Shown in pieces: positions 29,839-36,012 of a stretch of DNA of 36,012 nt. Positions within the stretch are counted from its first letter, which is position 1. Each line of letters starts with the position of its first letter. The stretch is taken from contig JAZJXK010000012.1 of assembly GCA_040390955.1 (NCBI GenBank), positions 1-36,012 of the forward strand, read 5' to 3'. This DNA is from Patescibacteria group bacterium (GTDB lineage: Bacteria > Patescibacteriota > Minisyncoccia > Phycocordibacterales > Phycocordibacteraceae). The notes beneath the pieces are model-generated. The model was not told where the DNA came from. It made no database searches and worked only from the letters and a program-made list of their open reading frames with translations. Position numbers and translations under genes: made by a program.

Positions 29839-31065
29839 ATGAAACTTAAAGATTTACTTCAAGAAACCTATACTGCCCTCTCGGCAAATAAAGTTCGTTC
29901 TGGGCTTACTATTCTTGGCATTGTTATTGGCATTTCGTCGGTCATTGCGATGGTCTCTATTGGTACCGGTGCATCCAATTCCATTTCTTCTACTATTCAG
30001 TCTTTGGGTTCAAACCTGATCATGGTGACACCAGGCGCGCAGCGGAGTCCGGGTTTTCAAGTAAGCGGAGGCAGAGGAAATGCAAAGACGCTGACAAAAG
30101 CAGATGCTGATGCAATTTTGAGCACTGTAGCAAATGTCGAAGCGGTTGATAGTGAAGTTTCTGGACGCTACCAAATCACTGCAAAAGGCACCAACACCAA
30201 CACATCAGTAACGGGAGTCACCTCCGCATATCCGCAGGTACGCAACGTAGATATAGAAGAAGGTTCATTTCTTACCGACACACAAAATCAGTCGGCATCA
30301 AAAGTCGCCGTCATAGGGCCAACGACGCGTGATGATCTTTTTGGCGTAGACGCAACCGGAGTGGTCGGACAGACAATACGAATAAAGGGTATGGAGTTTA
30401 AAATAATCGGCATTACCAAAGCAAAAGGCGGCAGTGGCTTCACAAATCAGGACGATGCAGTGTACATTCCTGTAACCAGTGCGCAGCGATATTTTTCAGG
30501 TGACCAGTATTTGAGCACAATAGCTATACAAGCATCATCGGCGAATGTGATGACCGACGTGCAAACAGATGTTACGAATCTTCTGCTTGAGAGGCACCAC
30601 ATTAGTGATTCAACGCAAGCAGATTTCAGTGTATTGAATCAAAATGACATTCTCGGAGCAGCCTCTTCAGTAACCAGTACCCTCACCTATCTTCTTGCAG
30701 CGGTGGCTGGCATCTCACTCGTTGTAGGAGGTATCGGCATTATGAATATGATGCTCACTACAGTGACGGAGCGCACTCGCGAGATTGGCCTTCGAAAAGC
30801 AATCGGTGCGCGAAAAAGTGACATCGAAAAACAGTTCCTAATAGAGGCAATCGCACTCACGCTCATAGGCGGAACAATCGGAATTCTTTTAGGATGGCTG
30901 ATTGCATTTGCAGTTAATCTCTCAGGCCTTTTACAGACAAGTGTGTCGCCCACCTCAGTACTTCTCGCATTTGGAGTGTCCGCCCTTATTGGCATCATCT
31001 TCGGGTACTACCCAGCGCGCCGCGCTGCATCCTTAAGTCCCATTGAAGCGCTTCGCTACGAATAA
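29839..31065 (+). CDS. ABC transporter permease, MacB-type (MacB_PCD periplasmic domain plus FtsX domain)
   Basis: N-terminal TM LSANKVRSGLTILGIVIGISSVI, a large extracytoplasmic domain, and the C-terminal FtsX motif TERTREIGLRKAIGA. Confidence 0.93.
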   Translation: MKLKDLLQETYTALSANKVRSGLTILGIVIGISSVIAMVSIGTGASNSISSTIQSLGSNLIMVTPGAQRSPGFQVSGGRGNAKTLTKADADAILSTVANVEAVDSEVSGRYQITAKGTNTNTSVTGVTSAYPQVRNVDIEEGSFLTDTQNQSASKVAVIGPTTRDDLFGVDATGVVGQTIRIKGMEFKIIGITKAKGGSGFTNQDDAVYIPVTSAQRYFSGDQYLSTIAIQASSANVMTDVQTDVTNLLLERHHISDSTQADFSVLNQNDILGAASSVTSTLTYLLAAVAGISLVVGGIGIMNMMLTTVTERTREIGLRKAIGARKSDIEKQFLIEAIALTLIGGTIGILLGWLIAFAVNLSGLLQTSVSPTSVLLAFGVSALIGIIFGYYPARRAASLSPIEALRYE

Positions 31066-31128
31066 CTCGGGCACCCAAACTCAATAGTGAAGCGTAGTAA
31101 TACTAATAGCCCTAAACATAAAAAATGT

Positions 31129-31560
31129 ATGGAGAAAAATAAAAAAATAATTGCTCTCATTGTTGTACTACTCCTTATCGGAGCATCGTTTTACGGAGGG
31201 ATGCTGTACGGGAAATCGAAGATCCGACCAGCAGGTTTCGCAAATGTAAATGGTGGTCAGTTTATTGGAGGCCAGAGAACGGGAGCAGGAATGCGCGGAA
31301 TAAGTGGCTTTACTGTCGGTGAAATAATCGCGAAAGACGCAACAAGCGTTACGGTAAAAATGCCGGATGGTAGCAGTAAGATAGTGTTAGTAAGCGACAC
31401 TACGAAAGTACTAAAATCAACCGATGGGTCACTCAATGATCTTGCCGTAGGCACAAGCGTATCGGTGACAGGAACCGCAAATAGCGATAAAAGCGTAACC
31501 GCAACATCAATCCAAATCAGACCAGCAGGACAAACCACTACGCGAACTCAACCTCAATAA
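31129..31560 (+). CDS. Membrane-anchored beta-domain protein (DUF5666-like), paralog of 26829-27326
   Basis: TM anchor IIALIVVLLLIGASFYGGML, then GEIIAKDATSVTVKMPDGSSKIVLVSDTTKVLK...LAVGTSVSVTGTANSDKSVTATSIQIRP. The track ORF starts at GTG 31087; I prefer ATG 31129. Confidence 0.7.
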   Translation: MEKNKKIIALIVVLLLIGASFYGGMLYGKSKIRPAGFANVNGGQFIGGQRTGAGMRGISGFTVGEIIAKDATSVTVKMPDGSSKIVLVSDTTKVLKSTDGSLNDLAVGTSVSVTGTANSDKSVTATSIQIRPAGQTTTRTQPQ

Positions 31561-31600
31561 ATAACACGGTATACTAGTGTCGTTACTATAATAATTTTCT

Positions 31601-32110
31601 ATGAAGAAAAACGTACTTATTCCGACACTTGTAGTACTCGCACTTATTGGAGGAGGGTGGTATTACTTCTCACACAAATCTCCTGAAATTGAAACGCCAA
31701 AAGAACAAGCTTCCGACACTGCTCCCGAGACTACAAATACCCCTGCAGCTGGTGTCATGGAAACAGGCGAAATTCCAGCAGATACTACTTCCACTGGTAC
31801 AGGTGCCGCAGTAGACGTTACTGCAACGGTAGGAGTGAAGACATTTACCATCACTGGTTCAAACTTCTCATTCACCCCAAAAACATTGAGTATTAAAAAG
31901 GGCGACCACGTAAAAATTACGTTCGTGAATTCCAATGGAACGCACAATCTTAAAATAGACGCATTTTCTGTTGCAACACCAATGATAGGCAGCGGAGAGA
32001 GTGCCACTGTTGAGTTTGTTGCAAGTAAAGCGGGTTCCTTCGAATACTATTGTTCAGTAGGCAACCATCGCGCCATGGGCATGGTGGGAACACTTACTGT
32101 TACTGAGTAA
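31601..32110 (+). CDS. Cupredoxin-fold (plastocyanin/azurin-like) blue-copper protein, membrane-anchored
   Basis: TM anchor and a Thr/Pro-rich linker. Type-1 copper ligand pattern H (GTHNL) ... C-x4-H-x4-M (YYCSVGNHRAMGM). A -10 TATAAT (31587-31592) lies 8 nt before the ATG. Confidence 0.88.
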   Translation: MKKNVLIPTLVVLALIGGGWYYFSHKSPEIETPKEQASDTAPETTNTPAAGVMETGEIPADTTSTGTGAAVDVTATVGVKTFTITGSNFSFTPKTLSIKKGDHVKITFVNSNGTHNLKIDAFSVATPMIGSGESATVEFVASKAGSFEYYCSVGNHRAMGMVGTLTVTE

Positions 32111-32129
32111 CACATCTTACGCACATAAT

Positions 32130-32160
32130 AAAAAATCCCTTTCAGAAGGGGATTTTTTAT
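32130..32160. terminator. Bidirectional intrinsic terminator between the cupredoxin gene and the convergent minus-strand operon
   Basis: AAAAAATCCCTTTCAGAAGGGGATTTTTT: a hairpin flanked by an A-run and a T-run. Confidence 0.75.
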
Positions 32161-32363
32161 TTCCGAGGCCGTATCGCATCAGCCATTCGATCAAAAAACA
32201 TTGCTCCAGGAATCCCCTTGCGACGGCGTGCATCAGCTACATGGCGTAGCTCTCGAGCTTGTACATCGAGACTCATTGTCTCTCCAACGAGAACACTTCC
32301 ACCCGTTCCTGCTCCGCCTCGAATTGGACGCCTATCTCTCGTGTAACTTACTGTTTCATTCAT
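32157..32363 (-). CDS. Hypothetical Arg/Gly-rich small protein, 68 aa
   Basis: It starts 5 nt after the stop of the preceding small ORF, and its stop is embedded in the terminator A-tract. No recognisable domain. Confidence 0.4.
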   Translation of the reverse strand: MNETVSYTRDRRPIRGGAGTGGSVLVGETMSLDVQARELRHVADARRRKGIPGAMFFDRMADAIRPRK

Positions 32364-32368
32364 ATACC

Positions 32369-32629
32369 CTAGCTATTTCTTAATGCACTCGCGCGCGCTT
32401 CGAGCACTGCAAGTCTTCTACCATACGTCGCGGAAATTCCAATACACATAATCAAATTACCCTTGTGTTTAGCAAGTTCTCCGTCCCTTTCTCTCTCAGC
32501 CGCCTGAATCTCAAGAAGCACGGCATCAACCCTCTCTTGCGCTCGTCTTCCACCTCGAGGAACGTCTCGAGAAATGGATTCACGGCCAAAAGGTATAACT
32601 CCTATGTTTCCTGGAAACCATCTACGCAT
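32369..32629 (-). CDS. Hypothetical Arg-rich small protein, 86 aa
   Basis: It starts 57 nt downstream of the P-type ATPase stop on the same strand. No recognisable domain. Confidence 0.45.
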   Translation of the reverse strand: MRRWFPGNIGVIPFGRESISRDVPRGGRRAQERVDAVLLEIQAAERERDGELAKHKGNLIMCIGISATYGRRLAVLEARASALRNS

Positions 32630-32686
32630 ACTCCGAGTCTCTCACGGACAGAAGAAAAATACAATTATTGAAACATCGGCTGGGTT

Positions 32687-34555
32687 CTAAACGCTTTTTC
32701 CCTGCACTGCTTGGAAACGCCTGGTTCGAAGCGAGTTTGCGAGCGGAAAGAAGTCAGATACAAAATTGTATGCGGCAGCGCCAGTTGGGCCAATGAAGCC
32801 AGTAAAGACAAGGAGGAGGCCGAATACATTCGTTCCTCCCCAAATCCAAAAATCTTGAAGTGAAATTTCATGGACGAAACGTGCAAGCTTCATCGTCTCA
32901 GGAATTTCGCCAAGATCGTCACGCATTAATACAATTGCAGCAGATTCAATGGCGGTATCGTAGCCAATAGCGCCCATAGCAATTCCCACCGTCGCCGTTG
33001 CAAGCGCCGCCGCGTCATTCACGCCGTCCCCCACCATCACCACTTCTCCACTCTTTCGAAGCTCTTGAAGACGGAGAACCTTATCTTCGGGTAATAATCC
33101 TCCGTGCCACTCATCCATACCAAGTTCACGTGCCACCACTTCGGCAACATGCGCATTGTCGCCAGTGAGCATAATAAGGCGTTTTGCTCCGAGCTCTCGA
33201 AGAGCCTGAAGCGCTGGCTTTGCTTCATCTTTAATTTCATCAGCCAGTGCAACAATTCCTATGACATGGCCATTCCGTGCTGTTAAAGAAACGCTTTGTC
33301 CTTGATCTCCGAGCCTTCCGGCTTCATCCAAAACCTCTTTTGAAATAACAATTCCTTCAGATTCAAGAAATGTCATGCGCCCCACAATGATGTGTGAATC
33401 TTTATAGGTAGCAACAATTCCCTTACCGCCAATACTGCGGCTCGCGTCAGGCGCTATATCGGCAATGCCTTTTTCTTTTGCATACTCCATAATGGCGCGC
33501 GACAGCGGATGCTTTGAACCTTGCGATGCAATGGACGAGTATCTCAACACTTCTTCTTCACTACACTCTTCTGCACAGTACACACCAGTCACCTTGAGAT
33601 TCCCTTTCGTCAGCGTACCTGTTTTATCAAATACAAACGTGGTTGCTCGCCCGAGTGCTTCAAGGTGGGAACTTCCCTTCACAATGACTCCTCGCTTTGC
33701 GGCAGAACCTATGGCGTTGAGGTACGCAAGCGGTACTGCAATAGCAACATCGTCAGCGCACACCACCAGCACCACAGCGAGCACTAATTGAACGTTCCGC
33801 GTGAATACAAACAACGCTATCGCGGAAATAAAAATAAGAATGAGATACGCTCTTCCAAACCGTTCAGCGAGTGTATAGATTTTGGAATGCTGTTCACGAG
33901 ACGATTTTACCAAAACAATAATTTTTTCAAGTGTGGTGTCTTTCCCAACTTTTTCTGTTTTAATGCGGAGGTTTCCTGACGCAACCAGCGTTGAAGAAAA
34001 CGTCTTTGCTCCCGCCACTTTATCGACAGGAAGAGACTCACCGGTGAGCGATGATTCGTCGACGGCGGCTTCACCTGAAATCACACTCCCGTCGACAGGA
34101 ATACGCTCCCCTATGTCGACAATAACAATGTCACCAACTACAAGGTCCTCAACTGGAACAACCACCATTTTTTCACCTCGCTCCACCTTTGCACTTTCAG
34201 GACGGAGCTTTAAAAGGCTTTCAATATTTTTTTCGGTGCGCGATTCAGTAAAGACGGTGAGAAGTCTCGCGGCAGAAAGCATGAGTGCAATAAATGCTGA
34301 TGATGCCCACTCGTGACTTATGAGAGAAAAAAGAAGCGCAACGGAAGCAAGTAGATCCATCGATGCCCAGTCTCTTGCAAAAATTGAACGGGCAGCACTC
34401 ACGAGAACCGGTGCAGTGCCAAGAAGGGCAATAACAATAACAAGGTAGATCAGGTGGAACGTTTCAAGTACACCGCTGTAATACAGAATTAAAAAAAGAG
34501 CGAGCACTGAGGACAGTGCTGATTCAAACGCAATCCGAAAGGAAAATTTACTCAT
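32687..34555 (-). CDS. P-type ATPase, P1B (heavy-metal)-like core without an N-terminal metal-binding domain; the TM6 motif is CAD instead of CPC
   Basis: TGES actuator motif, DKTGTLT phosphorylation site and the GDGVNDAAAL hinge. Its 622-aa size and topology look like P1B. VVCADDVAIAVP aligns to the canonical xxCPCALGLATP. Confidence 0.92.
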   Translation of the reverse strand: MSKFSFRIAFESALSSVLALFLILYYSGVLETFHLIYLVIVIALLGTAPVLVSAARSIFARDWASMDLLASVALLFSLISHEWASSAFIALMLSAARLLTVFTESRTEKNIESLLKLRPESAKVERGEKMVVVPVEDLVVGDIVIVDIGERIPVDGSVISGEAAVDESSLTGESLPVDKVAGAKTFSSTLVASGNLRIKTEKVGKDTTLEKIIVLVKSSREQHSKIYTLAERFGRAYLILIFISAIALFVFTRNVQLVLAVVLVVCADDVAIAVPLAYLNAIGSAAKRGVIVKGSSHLEALGRATTFVFDKTGTLTKGNLKVTGVYCAEECSEEEVLRYSSIASQGSKHPLSRAIMEYAKEKGIADIAPDASRSIGGKGIVATYKDSHIIVGRMTFLESEGIVISKEVLDEAGRLGDQGQSVSLTARNGHVIGIVALADEIKDEAKPALQALRELGAKRLIMLTGDNAHVAEVVARELGMDEWHGGLLPEDKVLRLQELRKSGEVVMVGDGVNDAAALATATVGIAMGAIGYDTAIESAAIVLMRDDLGEIPETMKLARFVHEISLQDFWIWGGTNVFGLLLVFTGFIGPTGAAAYNFVSDFFPLANSLRTRRFQAVQGKSV

Positions 34556-34586
34556 AGAGCTCGTGCCTATACAAAGACTGTTTCAC

Positions 34587-34970
34587 TTAAGGAGTTTCTG
34601 AAGTGGCGCAATCGGTAAACGTTAGAGCGTTATTTTCCTGAATAAATGCGGTGTTGCCTTTATTCCAGAATACAAAATGTTCATCAGGGGTTGCGTAGCG
34701 AGCACCGGAGGCTGAGATAGCCTGCGGAAGTGTTATTGCCCGAAGGTCGCTGAGTTCAAGTGCAACACTTCCCTCTCTATACACTGCAGTAATTGATTTG
34801 CCGTCAGCGCATTGATACACAGCTTTTTCAATAACGCCAGCAGTATCATTCACAAAACTCGCAGGCTTTTCTCTGGCATTTGGCCACACCAAAAGTATCA
34901 GGAGAGCAACGACTCCAATAATAAAAACCACTAACGTGATGTGGTGCTTGGTGTGTTGGATATTATGCAT
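34587..34970 (-). CDS. MliC-like (membrane-bound lysozyme inhibitor of C-type lysozyme family) protein, TM-anchored
   Basis: YQCADGKSITAVY...LPQAISASGARYA...VFWNKGNTAF...TFTDC matches the MliC pattern (two Cys and the SxSGxxY core). Confidence 0.78.
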   Translation of the reverse strand: MHNIQHTKHHITLVVFIIGVVALLILLVWPNAREKPASFVNDTAGVIEKAVYQCADGKSITAVYREGSVALELSDLRAITLPQAISASGARYATPDEHFVFWNKGNTAFIQENNALTFTDCATSETP

Positions 34971-34976
34971 GCCCTC

Positions 34977-35432
34977 TTATTGTATCGTAATAGGAATTGT
35001 TATTGACGCATCGCGAGAGGACTCACCTGAAGGGTTGTCTTTTTTCAAAATCACCTTTGCCTCTCCAACATAGGAGGTAGTGAGCGTAATCGTTGCAGTA
35101 AATGGCACAAATTCTGTCGTCATCCAGTCACTCCCCGCAGTTGCAACACCACTACCAATCACGTTGCCCGCACTATCTTCAACGCTCACAGGAAAACTCG
35201 CCTCAAAATACCAGCGCCCCCTGGCACGTCCTTGTACATCAATAATTGAACCAAATAATTCTCCAGGTTTTGGTGAAGCAACCACAATGGTATCCGCCGA
35301 TGCGTTTCGATACACCACCTCACTCTTTGCTCCTGAGACGAGCGGAACCGCCGACTGCCCATGCCAAAAATAGAAAACGCCAAACGCTCCAAGAGCGAGC
35401 AATATACCAATAGCGATGATGTATTTTTTCAT
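34977..35432 (-). CDS. Gmad2 immunoglobulin-like domain protein, exported
   Basis: Signal or anchor peptide, then VQGRARGRWYFEASFPVSVEDSAGNVIGSGVATAGSDWMTTEFVPFTATI, typical of the Gmad2 Ig-like domain. Confidence 0.78.
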   Translation of the reverse strand: MKKYIIAIGILLALGAFGVFYFWHGQSAVPLVSGAKSEVVYRNASADTIVVASPKPGELFGSIIDVQGRARGRWYFEASFPVSVEDSAGNVIGSGVATAGSDWMTTEFVPFTATITLTTSYVGEAKVILKKDNPSGESSRDASITIPITIQ

Positions 35433-35504
35433 TGTAGTTAATTAAAATGCTTCCTCAACAAAAGTATACACCCGCGCGTATCGGTGCATGTATCGAGTAC
35501 ATAT

Positions 35505-35537
35505 AAAAACAAAGCGGGTTTCCCCGCTTTGTTTTTT
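35505..35537 (-). terminator. Intrinsic terminator (symmetric, potentially bidirectional)
   Basis: AAAAACAAAGCGGG-TTTC-CCCGCTTTGTTTTT: a 14-bp stem with flanking A and T runs. Confidence 0.75.
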
Positions 35538-35541
35538 GTCC

Positions 35542-35655
35542 TTAGACAGTCTTAGGCTCTTCAGTTGCTGGAGCAACTTCAGGAGCTGCCGGCATAGTGA
35601 CTTCTGGTTGAGGTTCCATAGGGGCAACCGGTACCACTGGTGTATCTGTATCCAT
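35542..35655 (-). CDS. Possible small acidic Pro-rich ORF, 37 aa (MDTDTPVVPVAPMEPQPEVTMPAAPEVAPATEEPKTV)
   Basis: My own translation. It lies between the helicase stop and the terminator, and a possible promoter TTGACG-N17-TACTGT is upstream. It is low-complexity, so it may be non-coding. Confidence 0.2.
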   Translation of the reverse strand: MDTDTPVVPVAPMEPQPEVTMPAAPEVAPATEEPKTV

Positions 35656-35747
35656 GAGAAAAAAATTATTCTGTCCTGCTGCTAACGGCTTATCACCTTA
35701 CTGACAGTACGTGAAAAAGACACGTGCGTCAATAAAACTGCTTCACA

Positions 35748-36012
35748 TTAACGACCTCGCGAACCTTTTTGTTCAATGAACGTGAGTGCTTTTCCTTTCT
35801 TACCGCCTCTGCCGGTGCGACCAATGCGGTGCACATAGTCTTCGTAGGTTGAAGGAACATCGTAATTGATGACGTGCGATACGCCAACGATATCAAGGCC
35901 GCGTGCTGCAACGTCAGTTGCTACAAGCACCTGCACTTGATCGCGCTTAAACAGGTCGAGTGCCTTTTGGCGCTTCATGTGCGTCTTATTGCCGTGAATT
36001 GATTCTGCTTTC
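35748..36012 (-). CDS. DEAD-box ATP-dependent RNA helicase, C-terminal part (gene continues beyond the window end)
   Basis: [18 protein letters not shown], motif [15 protein letters not shown] and motif [12 protein letters not shown]. The frame stays open to position 36012. Confidence 0.9.
   Translation of the reverse strand, partial: KAESIHGNKTHMKRQKALDLFKRDQVQVLVATDVAARGLDIVGVSHVINYDVPSTYEDYVHRIGRTGRGGKKGKALTFIEQKGSRGR

Noticed and set aside
35442-35627. 61-aa minus-strand ORF spanning the terminator at 35505-35537
   Set aside because: It reads straight through a 14-bp terminator hairpin and overlaps the alternative small ORF, so it is most likely spurious.
1-36012. CRISPR arrays, rRNA genes, transposases or integrases, prophage or retron/DGR components
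   Set aside because: I saw no regularly spaced direct repeats, no reverse transcriptase, recombinase or transposase-like ORFs, and no template/variable repeat pair. The only mobile-element-like trace is the tRNA-Ser 3'-end duplication reported above.

Overview
A 36-kb, densely coded chromosomal segment. Gene content and style suggest a reduced-genome, Patescibacteria/CPR-like bacterium. This is inference from orphan SBP-secG, Gmad2/MliC-like exported proteins, almost no Shine-Dalgarno sites, and Fe-S-poor repair enzymes. Confident housekeeping calls: groES-groEL, htpX, lemA, secG, RNase J, msrB-msrA, bcp-nth-mutY-like, tRNA-Ser(GGA), a hybrid histidine kinase, an MsbA-type ABC exporter, an MFS transporter, and a partial DEAD-box helicase. 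One long plus-strand cluster (25.8-32.1 kb) encodes ECF sigma, a putative anti-sigma, an anchored beta-domain protein, a MacA-like adaptor, an ABC ATPase, an FtsX/MacB permease, a second anchored beta-domain paralog, and a cupredoxin. It converges on a minus-strand operon of Gmad2-like, MliC-like, a P1B-like P-type ATPase with CAD in place of CPC, and two small Arg-rich ORFs. No CRISPR array, rRNA, transposase or integrase was seen. The observations I rate highest are: (1) two paralogous 40-codon small-ORF cassettes at 5.0-5.6 kb with a shared ECF-like upstream motif and double-hairpin 3' ends; (2) degenerate direct and inverted copies of the tRNA-Ser 3' end around a highly structured spacer at 4.39-4.57 kb; (3) a groESL control region with no CIRCE but two other repeat families; (4) a recurring -10 hexamer 6-8 nt before start codons, implying leaderless mRNAs; (5) very long perfect palindromes and a GGAGG-rich purine tract. 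All functional interpretations of hypothetical ORFs and motifs are inference and need database or experimental checks.
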